Positions 1-11,306 of a stretch of 64,000 nt of DNA are shown here, piece after piece. The DNA is from Myxococcota bacterium (GTDB taxonomy: Bacteria; Myxococcota_A; UBA796; UBA2385). Both the position numbers and the translations under genes were made by a program. The notes beneath the pieces were generated by a model. The model was not told the origin of the DNA, ran no database searches, and saw nothing but the letters and a program-made list of their open reading frames with translations. Where the stretch lies: the NCBI GenBank assembly GCA_044344255.1, contig JBIJDH010000016.1, positions 64,001 to 128,000 on the forward strand. The letters are read 5' to 3'. Numbering within the stretch: position 1 is the stretch's first letter; each line of letters starts with the position of its first letter.

Positions 1-14
1 GGGCGCAGCCTTGG

Positions 15-419
15 TTGGGCAACCTCCGCGAGCTTCGGCAGCGGGTTCGGAGGGCCTACATCCTCTCGGCGACGGAAGGGGAGCCGATGGTGAGGTTGGA
101 GCTCCAGGCCTTCGGTGCCATGTGGGCGCCCCCTGCTCCGCCTTCGGGGCTCGTCGCGGCCCTCCAGCAGGCGGCGGTGGCCTGGGTAGACCTCGCGGAG
201 CGCAACATGCTCCTTGGAGCTCCGTCGATGGATCTCGACGAGGCCAAGGTGTTGCGCGCTTACATTCTCGACGAGGCGCGCGGCCGCATGGGGCTTGAGG
301 AAGCGTTCCGACTCCTGGGGGAGCATGCGCTCGTCGAGAGCCGCAACCACCACCAAACGGCGCGTCGTGAGGCAGCCCGGCGTGTGGAGTTCGAGGCCCA
401 CTTGCGCGATCGCGGATGA
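15..419 (+). CDS. hypothetical protein, probably the 3' end of a gene starting before the window
   Basis: Frame is open back to the window start; helical-looking sequence; no recognisable motif. Confidence 0.45.
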   Translation: MGNLRELRQRVRRAYILSATEGEPMVRLELQAFGAMWAPPAPPSGLVAALQQAAVAWVDLAERNMLLGAPSMDLDEAKVLRAYILDEARGRMGLEEAFRLLGEHALVESRNHHQTARREAARRVEFEAHLRDRG

Positions 420-463
420 GTTGGGGGGAGATGACCCCATCCATCCCGACTCATCCCCCCGCC

Positions 464-1747
464 TCAGTACCAGACGCTCCCCGTGCCCAAGGCCAGCCCG
501 AGGCCCCGCATCGCGTGCGCAGAGTCGCCCACCACGTCGAGGTAGAGCTGCTCGTCGCCCTTACGGAGGGCCTCCATGTTGTTGAAGACCTGCCGTTGGT
601 GCAGCGCCTGCACGGTAAGCACGATCTGCTGGGCGGCGCCGATGAGCATCTTCTGCTGGGCTTCGTCGGGGGTGAAGAGGCCCATGGCGGCCATCTTCTC
701 CATGCTCTCGAGGAAGTGACCGGTGAACTTGAGCCGCTGGACCAGCAGGCGCACCTCCTGGTCGGGGGCCTTCTTCGCCGCCTCGTCGTAGAGGATGAGC
801 TCCTTCGGGAGGCGGTAGAACCAGACGGGGATCTGCTGCAGCAGCGCGGACCGGGCCTTGGGCGTGCTCCTCCCGCGGGCGACCGCATAGGCCGCGCCCT
901 GCAGGATGTGGGCGCCGCCGCAGGTGTACTTGAAGATGCCCTGGCCCTTCTTCTCGAAGTCGGCGCCGGAGCTCATGGCGTCGGCGATGACCTTGTCTTC
1001 GGAGACGAGCACGGTCACGCCGAAGGTGGCGAGGTCGTCGAGGCGCATCGGCGTGCCGTCGAGGGCGCGCCACTCGAGGGGGCCGGGCGGGGCCCAGGCG
1101 CTGAGCGCCGAGAGGGCCCACGGCGTGTCATTCGGCGAGTCGAAGGAGGAGTGGTTCTTGTCGGGGACGAGGTAGCTGCCGAGCAGGACCCCCCGATAGA
1201 GATCGGCCACCGGGTGGGGCCGGCCCTTCACGAGGACGAGCTTGTTCGGGTCGACGCCGAGCTCGGTGAGCTGCTTGAGGATGAGCGCGGAGTGCGGCTC
1301 GATGCGGACCTCCCCGCGGCTCCGCGGGAAGGAGACGAGGGTGTGGCCGCCTGCGGTGAGCTCCTCGGCATACTGCGAGAAGAGCCAGTCGACCGCCGGC
1401 TCGCCGTTGGTGAGCTTGAAGTCCTTGCCGCGGGCGAGGATGCCGTGGGTGACCGCCCAGGGGTTGGCGGGGTCACCCCCGTAGCGGTCGACCACGCCAG
1501 CGAGCAGCTCGAGGACCTTGTCGTAGAGCGGATCGGCGGGGATCGGCTTCGGGGAGCGCCCCTCACGGGCGGCGGGCACGGGCTTGAGCTGGTCGATGTT
1601 CTCGGCGGACCACACCCGCGCGACCGCCGGCGCCACGGGCGGCGGAGCGACCGGCGCAGCGGTGGGCGGCGGAGGCTGCGCGGGAGCAGGGGTGGTCGGC
1701 GCCTCCCCGCCGCAGGCGAGCAGCAGCGCGAGGAGGGCGCCGCTCAT
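464..1747 (-). CDS. hypothetical lipoprotein
   Basis: Lipobox-like LLLAC, Pro/Ala linker, strong GC3 bias; 4-bp ATGA overlap with the upstream gene. Confidence 0.75.
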   Translation of the reverse strand: MSGALLALLLACGGEAPTTPAPAQPPPPTAAPVAPPPVAPAVARVWSAENIDQLKPVPAAREGRSPKPIPADPLYDKVLELLAGVVDRYGGDPANPWAVTHGILARGKDFKLTNGEPAVDWLFSQYAEELTAGGHTLVSFPRSRGEVRIEPHSALILKQLTELGVDPNKLVLVKGRPHPVADLYRGVLLGSYLVPDKNHSSFDSPNDTPWALSALSAWAPPGPLEWRALDGTPMRLDDLATFGVTVLVSEDKVIADAMSSGADFEKKGQGIFKYTCGGAHILQGAAYAVARGRSTPKARSALLQQIPVWFYRLPKELILYDEAAKKAPDQEVRLLVQRLKFTGHFLESMEKMAAMGLFTPDEAQQKMLIGAAQQIVLTVQALHQRQVFNNMEALRKGDEQLYLDVVGDSAHAMRGLGLALGTGSVWY

Positions 1748-3576
1748 TCTTCTTCTTCGCCGCCCTTCTTCTTCTTGTCCTTCTTCTTGGTCTCTCCGCC
1801 GCCCTCGGCCTTCGCCTTCTCGGCGGCGGCGGCCTCCTGGTCGAGCTTCTCCTGGAGGACGTCGATGCGCTCGATGCGGTCATCGGAGCACATGTAGAGG
1901 ATGCCCTGGCGCACCGCGATGCGGGGGTGCTTGAGCTGGCGGTCGGAGAGGTGGAGCTTGAACTCCAGCTTCCCGGGCTTCTTGAACTTGAAGACGTCGC
2001 CGTTGTCGGTGAAGACCCAGAGCGCCCCCGACTCGTCGAGGGTGATGTCCATGTCCTCGAAGCCCTCGCCGAGGACGGACTTGTCGATCACCACGCCTTG
2101 GCGGAAGCCGTCGAGGGCGTATTCGATGACCTTGTTGCCGAAGGTGAACAGGAACTTGTTGCCGTCCAGCACCTCGACGGCGTTCGGCGTGCCGTCCTTG
2201 ATCTCGAAGCGGACGACCTCCTCGGAGTCAGTCGTGTAGCCGACCGCCTCGTCGCCCACGAAGGCGTAGACCCGCTTCTTGTCAGGGACGTAGGCCACGT
2301 AGGCCGTGCCGCCGAGGTTGGGCTCGGAGGCGTTCTCGGTGCCCACCTTCCAGGAGATCCGCTGACGGCCTTGGATGTCGAAGATCTGGACGCGGCTCTG
2401 GGCGTCGATGCCGACGAGGCCGTCGCCCTCCTTCTCGGGGATGAGGTCGATGTCGAGGGCGTTCATCCACTGGCCCGGGCCCTCTCCGGAGGGGGAGCCG
2501 GTGACGTACCACTTGCGGCCCTTCTCGAACCAGACGTCGGTGATGTCGGCTTTGCCACCGCCCCAGACCTTGTCTGGGCGCCCCGTCTCTTCAAAACGCT
2601 GGACGCGGTTGTTGCCGATGTCGGCGGCGTAGACGTTGCCCTCGCGATCGATCTCGAGGTTGATCGGCTCGCCGAAGCCCTGGAGCGCCCCGGGCTCCCA
2701 GCCGGTCTGGCCCCAGTAGGGCACGTTGGCGCTGCCGCCGCCGATGAGCTCGGCGTAGGCCTGGAAGATCTCGACCATCTCCATCAGGGCCTCGTGGTCC
2801 TTGCCGGTGGCGCGCAAGGCGGCGAGCTCGAGGCTGGGGATGGCGTTGGCGTCTTTCAGCTTGCGGAGGGCCTTCTGGGCGCGCTCCGACGAGCGGATGG
2901 CCTGGGCCCGGTAGCCGTCTTTGATGAGCGACTTGACCTTGGGGCGGACGAAGGCGGGGCCGTTCTCGACGGCGTCCGTGAGCATCTTCCAGGCCTTCTC
3001 GTCCTCCCCGTTGCTCGTCTTGAACTTCTCGTAGGCGGCGTCGAGCTCGTTGTTGTACTTGTCGAGGGCGGTGGCGGCCTCTTTGCTGGCGAGCCACTTG
3101 TCGAGGCCAGTGGCGTCGTCGTTGTCGGGAAAGTTGACCGCGACCTCGGTGATGAAGAGCTCGGCGAACACGATGCCGTCGTAGGTCTCGTCGACGACGA
3201 ACCGCACCTTGCGGCCGGTGACATCGACCGGAATGTCGACCCGCTGCATCTGGTCTTGGAGCCGCACGGGCTTGCCCTGCACGACGCCGTCGACCAAGAC
3301 CCGCACGGTCTTCGGGCGACTGTACTCTTTGTAACTCTTGCTGCCCTGGCTGAGGTTGCCTGGCCAGAGGGCGACGTTCTTGAGCTTGGTGGGCTTGCCG
3401 AGGTCAAGCTCCAGCCACTCCCCGTCAGCGCTGCCCGCCTTGGCCTCTCCCCAGGCGGTGTCCAGGAGCCCATCTACCGCCAGCTCAGCGGGGTGCTTGC
3501 CGGCCGCGTCGGTGAGGACGCTCGAGGCGGTCACCGACGCCATCGCGGTGGACAGCAGGAGGAGAAGCGAGGTCAT
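1744..3576 (-). CDS. secreted discoidin (F5/8 type C)-like domain plus NHL/beta-propeller protein
   Basis: Signal peptide MTSLLLLLSTAMA; AVDGLLDTAW...GEWLELDLG discoidin-like motif; NHL-like GNVYAADIGNNRVQRF; start moved to ATG 3576. Confidence 0.75.
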   Translation of the reverse strand: MTSLLLLLSTAMASVTASSVLTDAAGKHPAELAVDGLLDTAWGEAKAGSADGEWLELDLGKPTKLKNVALWPGNLSQGSKSYKEYSRPKTVRVLVDGVVQGKPVRLQDQMQRVDIPVDVTGRKVRFVVDETYDGIVFAELFITEVAVNFPDNDDATGLDKWLASKEAATALDKYNNELDAAYEKFKTSNGEDEKAWKMLTDAVENGPAFVRPKVKSLIKDGYRAQAIRSSERAQKALRKLKDANAIPSLELAALRATGKDHEALMEMVEIFQAYAELIGGGSANVPYWGQTGWEPGALQGFGEPINLEIDREGNVYAADIGNNRVQRFEETGRPDKVWGGGKADITDVWFEKGRKWYVTGSPSGEGPGQWMNALDIDLIPEKEGDGLVGIDAQSRVQIFDIQGRQRISWKVGTENASEPNLGGTAYVAYVPDKKRVYAFVGDEAVGYTTDSEEVVRFEIKDGTPNAVEVLDGNKFLFTFGNKVIEYALDGFRQGVVIDKSVLGEGFEDMDITLDESGALWVFTDNGDVFKFKKPGKLEFKLHLSDRQLKHPRIAVRQGILYMCSDDRIERIDVLQEKLDQEAAAAEKAKAEGGGETKKKDKKKKGGEEEE

Positions 3577-3637
3577 GCCGGAGCCCCAGGGGTGGTGTTG
3601 GTATGCCGTGATAGCTCCCTCGCGGGAGGTTCTCCAC

Positions 3638-4705
3638 ATGCGGAAGAGCCCACGGGGCAGCGGTTGGCTTCCCCTTTACAACTCGCCGCGGCTCCCCGCC
3701 GCTCTCGCCGCGTGGATCTCCGCGCTCGGGCTCAGCGGGCTGTGGCGGGAGGGGAGGGCCGCGGCGCCGGTCACCCCGCAGGTCGACCTCCACCTCGACA
3801 CCCCCACCCAGCTCTTCTTGCGCCGCCTCCCGCTCGACGCCCCCGCCGGGCTCGAGGCGGGGCTCTCTGCGCTCCGGGCCGGGGGGACGAACCTGCCCGT
3901 GATGGTGCTCTGGCCGGGGGACCGCGGCGATCCGAAGACCCGCACCTTTGACCTCTTGAAGACGATGGAGGGGGAGATCGCGCGCCTGCCCGACGTCGTG
4001 CTCGTGCGCAGCCCGACGGAGGCCCGCGCCGCAGTCGCCGCCGGCCAGACGGGCGTGCTGCTCTCGATCGAGGGGGCCCAGGGGCTCGGCGAGGGGGAGG
4101 GCTGGACGAGCGCCTTGGCCGAGCTCCACAGCCGGGGGCTGTCGCTCCTCGGACTCACCTGGAGCCACAGCAACCGCTTCGCCGGCTCCTCGGGCGACCA
4201 GGGCGGCGGGCTCACCGGCGAGGGGAAGGTCCTCGTGGAGGACGCGCGCCGGATGCGGATCGTCGTCGATGTCTCCCACGCGAGCCGCCTCGCGACGATG
4301 GAGGTCTGCGCCAATTCGAGCGTGCCGGTCATCGCCTCCCACTCCGATGCTCACGGCGTCACGGCGGCCAACCGGAACCTCACCGACCCCGAGATCGCCT
4401 GCATCTGCAAGACCGGTGGGGTGATCGGCCTCAACTTCCACGCCACCTTCGTGGGCCCTGGGGCGAACGCCGCCAAGGTGGCTGACCACGCCGACCACAT
4501 CGCGGGCGTGGGCGGTCGGGCCTGCCTCGCGATCGGCAGTGACTTTGACGGTTACATCAAGAAGCCCGCCGACCTGCGCACGGAGGCCGATCTGCCGGTC
4601 TTGCTGGCCGAGCTCCGGTCCCGTGGCTGGACCGAGGCCGAGCTCGACGGGCTGCGGGGCGGCAACTTCTTGCGGGCCTGGGAGGCGGTCGTGGCGGTGC
4701 GCTGA
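3638..4705 (+). CDS. membrane dipeptidase (peptidase M19 family)
   Basis: DLHLDT, LSIEG, LTW, DVSH, ASHS, GSDFDG motifs; start uncertain. Confidence 0.85.
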   Translation: MRKSPRGSGWLPLYNSPRLPAALAAWISALGLSGLWREGRAAAPVTPQVDLHLDTPTQLFLRRLPLDAPAGLEAGLSALRAGGTNLPVMVLWPGDRGDPKTRTFDLLKTMEGEIARLPDVVLVRSPTEARAAVAAGQTGVLLSIEGAQGLGEGEGWTSALAELHSRGLSLLGLTWSHSNRFAGSSGDQGGGLTGEGKVLVEDARRMRIVVDVSHASRLATMEVCANSSVPVIASHSDAHGVTAANRNLTDPEIACICKTGGVIGLNFHATFVGPGANAAKVADHADHIAGVGGRACLAIGSDFDGYIKKPADLRTEADLPVLLAELRSRGWTEAELDGLRGGNFLRAWEAVVAVR

Positions 4706-4758
4706 CGGGCGCCCCTCCGATGGGTGGCCTGGGCCTCCGGGGTGGCCTGGGCGCGCCC

Positions 4759-5346
4759 TCAGACCTGCTCGACCCCGCGGACCTCGGGGATCTCTTCGAC
4801 CAGCAGGCGCTCGATGCCCATGCGCAGCGTCGTCAGCGCGGAGGGGCAGGTGCCGCAGGCGCCGATGAGCTTGAGCTGGACGAGGCCGTCTTCAAAGCCC
4901 ACGAAGGTGACGTCACCGCCGTCTTGCGCGATGGCCGGCCGGATCTCGGAGTCAATCAGCTCCATGATCCGCCGCTCGACCTCGGAGAAGCTCCGGGCGA
5001 TGCGCCGAAGCTCGATGTCGAGCACCGCCATCTCGCCAGAGTCGAGGAACTGACGGATCTTGTGCTTGATCGAGGGCACCAGCGCCGGCCACTCGACCTC
5101 GGGGTGCTTGCGGATGGTCACAAAGCGGGGGGCGATGAGGACGAGCTCGATGCCGGTCAGCGTGAGCAGGACCTCGGCCAGCGGCGCGTTCCCGGTGTCC
5201 TCGAGGCGGGCGTACTCAAAGGTGCCGGTGGGCACCAGGGCCTCGGTCACCTTGAACATGAGCGCGTCAGGGTTCGGGGTCGGGACCGTGTCGACGTTGA
5301 TGTGATCGAACTCGGTGGAGATCGGGCCGTGGGCGGTGCTGTGCAT
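4759..5346 (-). CDS. nfuA: NifU/Nfu family Fe-S cluster carrier (Nfu_N plus NifU domains)
   Basis: TPNPDALMF N-domain; IRPAIAQDGGD and GACGTCPS (CxxC). Confidence 0.9.
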   Translation of the reverse strand: MHSTAHGPISTEFDHINVDTVPTPNPDALMFKVTEALVPTGTFEYARLEDTGNAPLAEVLLTLTGIELVLIAPRFVTIRKHPEVEWPALVPSIKHKIRQFLDSGEMAVLDIELRRIARSFSEVERRIMELIDSEIRPAIAQDGGDVTFVGFEDGLVQLKLIGACGTCPSALTTLRMGIERLLVEEIPEVRGVEQV

Positions 5347-5439
5347 GGTGGGGCCCGCCTAACCGGCGCCGCGTGCTGGTCGAGTCGAGGCGGTTAGGTG
5401 GGACGCCCTTTCAAAAGACGCACCCCCGAGGAGCCCACG

Positions 5440-6594
<1,155 letters not shown>

Positions 6595-6645
6595 GCCACG
6601 CGCGTCGGGGCGGAGGGCCGGCCCGCTCGCCCCGCGCCCTCGGGG

Positions 6646-7656
6646 GTGTCTGTGAAGGTCCTCGTCACCGGGGGCACCGGCTTCGTCGGCGCCAACGTCG
6701 TCCGTCAGCTGCTCGCCCGCGGTGATGAGGTCCTCTGCCTCGTCCGGAAGCCGAATTTCGCGCTGGAGGGGCTCCCGATCCAGACCGTGCAGGCGCCCCT
6801 CGACGAGAAGCCGGACAGCGTCGACGCCCTCGCCCGGGTGCTCGACGGGGTCGAGGGCATCTACCACGTGGCCGGCATCTTCGATCCCGGCCCCGGCGGC
6901 GTCGATCGGATGCGGGAGGTGCACGTCTATGCCACCCGCGCCTTGCTGCGCGCCGCCGACAAGGCCGGCGTGCGGCGGATGGTGCTCTGCTCGTCCAGCA
7001 TCACCGTCGGCTGGGGCCCCTTGGACCGGCCCGGGGATGAGGACAGCCCGCTCGACCCCGCCGTGTACGGGGCCCAGGGCGCGCTCCGGGCCTACCACGA
7101 CACGAAGAAGCAGTCCGAAGAGCTGGGGGCCTCCTGGCCCGGCCCCACCGAGGTGGTCACGGTCAACCCGGACTACATCCTCGGCGCCTGGGACATGAAG
7201 CCGACCAGCGGTCAGCTCATCGTTTCGATGGCCCAGCAGCGCTGGGTGCCCGTCTACCCGCGGGGCGGGAAGTGTTTTCAGCATGTGGGGGACTGCGCCC
7301 TCGGCCACATCTACGCGATGGAGCGGGGGCAGCCGGGGCGGCGGTACCTCCTCGGCAATGAGAACCTCAGCTACGCGGCGTTCATGGGCATCGTCGCCGA
7401 GGTGGTGGGCAAGCCGAGGCCGCGCATCCCCGTGCCCAACGTCGGCGTCGCGCTGGCGGGGCGGGCGGGGGCCTTCCTCAGCCGTCTGGACCCGCACAAG
7501 TTCGCGGGCCTCGACGGGGACGTGCTCCGCTCGATGCAGCAGGAGCGATACCGGACCGGCCGTCGGGCCGTCACCGAGCTCGGCGTGCCCGAGACCCCGG
7601 TGCGCGTGGCGGTGGAGGAGGCCTACCGGTGGTTCTGCGATCACGGCTACTGCTGA
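6646..7656 (+). CDS. NAD-dependent epimerase/dehydratase (extended SDR, dihydroflavonol-reductase/HpnA-like)
   Basis: VTGGTGFVG, YHDTK (YxxxK), GRRYLLGNENL. Confidence 0.9.
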   Translation: MSVKVLVTGGTGFVGANVVRQLLARGDEVLCLVRKPNFALEGLPIQTVQAPLDEKPDSVDALARVLDGVEGIYHVAGIFDPGPGGVDRMREVHVYATRALLRAADKAGVRRMVLCSSSITVGWGPLDRPGDEDSPLDPAVYGAQGALRAYHDTKKQSEELGASWPGPTEVVTVNPDYILGAWDMKPTSGQLIVSMAQQRWVPVYPRGGKCFQHVGDCALGHIYAMERGQPGRRYLLGNENLSYAAFMGIVAEVVGKPRPRIPVPNVGVALAGRAGAFLSRLDPHKFAGLDGDVLRSMQQERYRTGRRAVTELGVPETPVRVAVEEAYRWFCDHGYC

Positions 7657-7664
7657 GTCGCCGC

Positions 7665-8372
7665 GTGTGGCGGCTCGGGCTCGGGCTCGTCGGCCTCAGC
7701 GGCTGCAAGGCGGAGTCCCTCGGCGTGGAGCTCGCGCGCGGCGGACCTGATCAGATCAGCGGGGAGGACCTCCAGCGGGACGTCTGGCTGCTCATGGGCC
7801 CCGTCGCCGCGAGCCGCGCCCCGGGCAGCCCCGGCAACGCCGAGGCGGCGGGCCGCTTCGAGGAGCGTCTGCAGCAGATGCACACGCTGCCGGCCTTCGG
7901 GCAGAGCTACCGCCGGTCGCTCGGGCAGGGCTGGCTGGTCTGCGGACAGAAGGACGGGCGCAGTGACCGGGGGCTGCTCTTCTTCGCCGAGGACGGCGGC
8001 GCCGGCGTGCGCGGCGGGGCGCTGCCGGTGGCGAGCCTGATCTCGCTCGCCAAGGCCGCGGACATCCTTGAGCCGCCCTCGCACACGCTGCTCTTTTGCG
8101 GGGCCTTCGGGCCGGGCGGCCTCGACGCCTACGCGCTCCAGCCGGCCTTCCCGCTGGCGAAGACGCTGCAGATCGCCGAGGTGGGCCCCCTCGGCGACTC
8201 GGACGTCACCGGGAGCCCCGAGGCCCCGCTCGGCGGGGCGCCGAGGCAGCGTTACTCCACGGGGCCACGTCCGGGGGACGGTGGCCCAGAGGACCGGGCG
8301 GAGGCGGTAGACTTTCGGAGGGTCTCTGACCAGCTCCGCGAGGTGTGGTTGGCCGTGGGACGGGCGGGCTGA
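7665..8372 (+). CDS. hypothetical lipoprotein, possibly a degenerate M28 peptidase-like fragment
   Basis: LSGC lipobox; DLQRDVWLL...SRAPGSPGNAEAA resembles an M28 N-terminus, but no metal ligands are recognisable. Confidence 0.5.
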   Translation: MWRLGLGLVGLSGCKAESLGVELARGGPDQISGEDLQRDVWLLMGPVAASRAPGSPGNAEAAGRFEERLQQMHTLPAFGQSYRRSLGQGWLVCGQKDGRSDRGLLFFAEDGGAGVRGGALPVASLISLAKAADILEPPSHTLLFCGAFGPGGLDAYALQPAFPLAKTLQIAEVGPLGDSDVTGSPEAPLGGAPRQRYSTGPRPGDGGPEDRAEAVDFRRVSDQLREVWLAVGRAG

Positions 8373-8379
8373 GGGCCGC

Positions 8380-8745
8380 TCAGCGCTTGTCCTTGTCCTC
8401 CGGCGGCCAGGCCGGGTCTCCCGCCGCGGTGTGCACCCGCTCCTCTACGGCGGCGAGCCCAGCCTGCAGCTTGGTGTTGCGCTCATCGATCTGCTGCATC
8501 AAGGCGCGCATCTTGGCGATCTCCGCCTCGCGGGTGGAGGTGCCGGCCGTGACCTGGCGGCGGGACTCGTCGATCAGGCTCGTGAGCTCGGCGGAGAGGC
8601 GCTCGATCTCCGCCGCCTCCTTCGCCAGCTCGCCCACCTGGGCAGCCTCCTGGGCCGAGGCGGAGCCGGGGGTGGCGGGGGCGTCGCTGCCCACGGAGCA
8701 AGCCACGGAGAGCAGCGAGGAGAGGAGCAGGGGGACGAGCAGCAT
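8380..8745 (-). CDS. small coiled-coil lipoprotein
   Basis: LSVAC lipobox followed by heptad-rich helices. Confidence 0.7.
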   Translation of the reverse strand: MLLVPLLLSSLLSVACSVGSDAPATPGSASAQEAAQVGELAKEAAEIERLSAELTSLIDESRRQVTAGTSTREAEIAKMRALMQQIDERNTKLQAGLAAVEERVHTAAGDPAWPPEDKDKR

Positions 8746-8820
8746 GGCGGCACGTTATCTCCGCCCGCCGCCGGCCGGGAGGTCGGCCTGGACCGACCCC
8801 GCGCTGAACGGAGCCGCCCC

Positions 8821-9657
8821 GTGACCGACCCCCGCGCCGCCGCGACGGACCGCTCTGCCGACTGTTCACGCTGTATCGGCTTGTGTTGTGTGGCCCCCGC
8901 CTTCTCCCGCTCGGCGGACTTCGCCCTCGACAAGCCGGCCGGCCGGCCCTGCCCGAAGCTCGGCCTCGATCACCGCTGCACCATCCACGAGCGCCTGCGG
9001 GCCTCGGGCTTCTCCGGCTGCGTGGCCTACGACTGCTTCGGAGCAGGGCAGCGCGTGACCGAGGGGCCCGGCGCCGGCCTCGACTGGCGGCGCTCGGCGG
9101 CGGAGGGGCTCCGGCTCTTCGAGGTCTTTCACGCGATGCGCGGGCTGCACGAGCTGCGCTGGCACCTCGAAGAGGCCCTGACCGTCGATGTAGGCGACGA
9201 CGGGCTCGCCAGCCGCGCCGCGCTCGAGGCGGCCGCCGCGGAGGTGGAGGGAGCGGCCTGTGGCTCGGTCGAGGCGCTGCTCGCCCTTGATGTCCAGCCC
9301 CTCCGCCAGCGGGTGAGCGCGCTGCTGCAGCGTTACAGCGCGGCCCGTCGGGGGCCTGTGCCGGGGCCGGATCGGAGCCGGGCCTCCCTCCTCGGCGCGC
9401 GGCTGAGGCGGGCCGATCTGCGCGGGGCCAGCCTCTTCGCGGCCTGCCTCGTGGGCGCCGACCTTCGCGGGGCGGACCTGCGGGGGGCCGACCTTCGCGG
9501 GGCGGATCTGCGGGGGGCCGACCTGGCGGGCGCCGATCTGCGGGGCGCCCTGTTCCTTACGCAGAGCCAGCTCGAGTCTGCCCGTGGAGACCGGGCGACC
9601 CGGCTCCCCGAGGCGCGCCGCCCACCCGCCGCCTGGCTCGGCCCCGAGGCGCGATAG
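8821..9657 (+). CDS. pentapeptide repeat protein with N-terminal Cys cluster
   Basis: CSRCIGLCC...PCPKL..C..H..GC..YDCFGAG; tandem ADLRG pentapeptides; GTG start at 8821. Confidence 0.9.
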   Translation: MTDPRAAATDRSADCSRCIGLCCVAPAFSRSADFALDKPAGRPCPKLGLDHRCTIHERLRASGFSGCVAYDCFGAGQRVTEGPGAGLDWRRSAAEGLRLFEVFHAMRGLHELRWHLEEALTVDVGDDGLASRAALEAAAAEVEGAACGSVEALLALDVQPLRQRVSALLQRYSAARRGPVPGPDRSRASLLGARLRRADLRGASLFAACLVGADLRGADLRGADLRGADLRGADLAGADLRGALFLTQSQLESARGDRATRLPEARRPPAAWLGPEAR

Positions 9658-9715
9658 GCCGCCGCAGGCTACGATGCGGGCCCCGAATCGGGCCCCGCGC
9701 CCGCCTGGAGAGCCG

Positions 9716-11296
9716 ATGAACACGCGCCCCCTGATGCTGCTGGTCCTGCTCGCCTGCGGAGGGTCGGCCGACGGGACGAAGTCGGGCAGCGATGGCACCG
9801 ATGGCACCGATGGCACCGACGGTGCCGATGGGGCCGATGGGGCCGACGGCGCCGACGGCGGGTCCGACTCTGGCGAAGAGCTCCCCACCCCAGTCACCCT
9901 CGCCCCCGGGGAGGTCGGCGATCTGGCCGTCTTCGCCGATGGGAGCGTCGGGGTCGAGCTCACCGAGCCCGGCGAGTACATCGTCATCCTCGTGTCCCAA
10001 GCGGAGGGCATGGGAGACCTCTACGGCTACGGCGCCGCGGCCGCGGCCGCGGCGGTCCACACCCCCTCCGATCCGCTGCCGCTGCCCCCCTCCGCCGACC
10101 GGCCGCCCAGCAGCGCCCTCGTCGCGGAGGGGGACACCCGCACCTTCTCGGTCTGGAACGGCAGCGCGAGCGTCGAGATCGAGGCCGTCGCGACGCAGGT
10201 CACAGACCTCGTCGTCTTCTGGGAAGATCAGACCACCCCGAACGAGATCGGCGCGGTCGATCCCGAGGTGGTGGCCGGCGTCATCGACAACTTCACCCAG
10301 ATCGTCGTGCCGCGGGAGCGCCAGATCTTCGGTGAAGAGTCAGACGTAGACGAAGACGCACGTATCCATATGCTGCTCAGCTACACGGTGAACCAGTACG
10401 GTGTGGTCGCCTACGTGACCTCGTGTGACATCGGCGCCACCGTCGGCTGTGGCGGCTCGGGCAACGACGGGGAGATCATCTACATGGGGGTCCCCGACCC
10501 CGAGAGCTCCTACAGCACGGCCTCGGCGATCTCGGAGCTCGTGGCCCACGAGCTCAACCACCTCATCTACGGCTGGCACAAGTACATCGTCCAGGAGCGG
10601 CCGAACGAGCGGGAGAACATCTACCTCACCGAGGGGATGAGCGCGCTCGCCCAAGACCTGACCGGTTACAATAATGGGAATCAGTACGTCTGGGCGGCCG
10701 CGATCGACGCCACCGAGTACCTCGGCCCCGACGCCAGCATCGACAGCGTAAGCGTGAACGACTTTCTCCGCGGCGAGACCTACTACGACGCCGATCGGGA
10801 CGGCTCGCTGCGCGGGGGCGCCTACCTCTACCTCCGCTACCTCTTCGAGCAGGCGGGGGGGATGACCGTCGGCAGCGACGGCACCCTCACCGACGCCGGC
10901 GGGATGGCCTGGCTGCATGACTGGTTCGACCAGGCGGCGCTCGGCGAAGAGACCGTGCTCGCCACCACCGGCCGCGAGATCGCCGACATCAACCTCGACT
11001 GGTACACGGCGCTGGTCGTGACCGGTCGGGTGGAGAACAGCAACCCGGCCTGGAACTTCGAGGCGCGGGTGGCCGATCCGATCACCGGCTACGAGTTCGG
11101 CGTCGATCCCTACGAGCGCATCCACGGATGGCTGAAGCTGAACGGCCCCCTCGTCCAGGAGCTCGACGCCGCCGACGGCTCGATCCGGGCCGGGGGCGTC
11201 GAGTACCTCTCGGTCAGCCTGTCCGAGGGCGGCGTCCTGGAGATCCCCGTCGACCCGGACGCCGCCGCGGTGGCCCGCGTGCTCCGCGTGGAGTGA
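9716..11296 (+). CDS. zinc metallopeptidase-like lipoprotein (HEXXH..E, M30/hyicolysin-like)
   Basis: LLAC lipobox; AHELNHLI followed by LTEGMS. Confidence 0.75.
   Translation: MNTRPLMLLVLLACGGSADGTKSGSDGTDGTDGTDGADGADGADGADGGSDSGEELPTPVTLAPGEVGDLAVFADGSVGVELTEPGEYIVILVSQAEGMGDLYGYGAAAAAAAVHTPSDPLPLPPSADRPPSSALVAEGDTRTFSVWNGSASVEIEAVATQVTDLVVFWEDQTTPNEIGAVDPEVVAGVIDNFTQIVVPRERQIFGEESDVDEDARIHMLLSYTVNQYGVVAYVTSCDIGATVGCGGSGNDGEIIYMGVPDPESSYSTASAISELVAHELNHLIYGWHKYIVQERPNERENIYLTEGMSALAQDLTGYNNGNQYVWAAAIDATEYLGPDASIDSVSVNDFLRGETYYDADRDGSLRGGAYLYLRYLFEQAGGMTVGSDGTLTDAGGMAWLHDWFDQAALGEETVLATTGREIADINLDWYTALVVTGRVENSNPAWNFEARVADPITGYEFGVDPYERIHGWLKLNGPLVQELDAADGSIRAGGVEYLSVSLSEGGVLEIPVDPDAAAVARVLRVE
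9791..9859 (+). repeat. 9-bp coding tandem repeat encoding a (DGT/DGA)n linker
   Basis: gatggcacc x3 followed by gacggtgcc/gatggggcc variants. Confidence 0.85.
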
Positions 11297-11306
11297 AGGC
11301 CCGCGC

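Noticed and set aside
6646..7656. Hopanoid cluster implied by the HpnA-like gene and the QW-repeat gene at 40929
   Set aside because: The two genes are 33 kb apart, the QW protein is too short for a squalene-hopene cyclase and lacks DXDD, and no other hpn genes are present
9400..9560. 15-bp DNA repeats as a non-coding repeat array
   Set aside because: They encode the ADLRG pentapeptide repeats of the 8821-9657 gene
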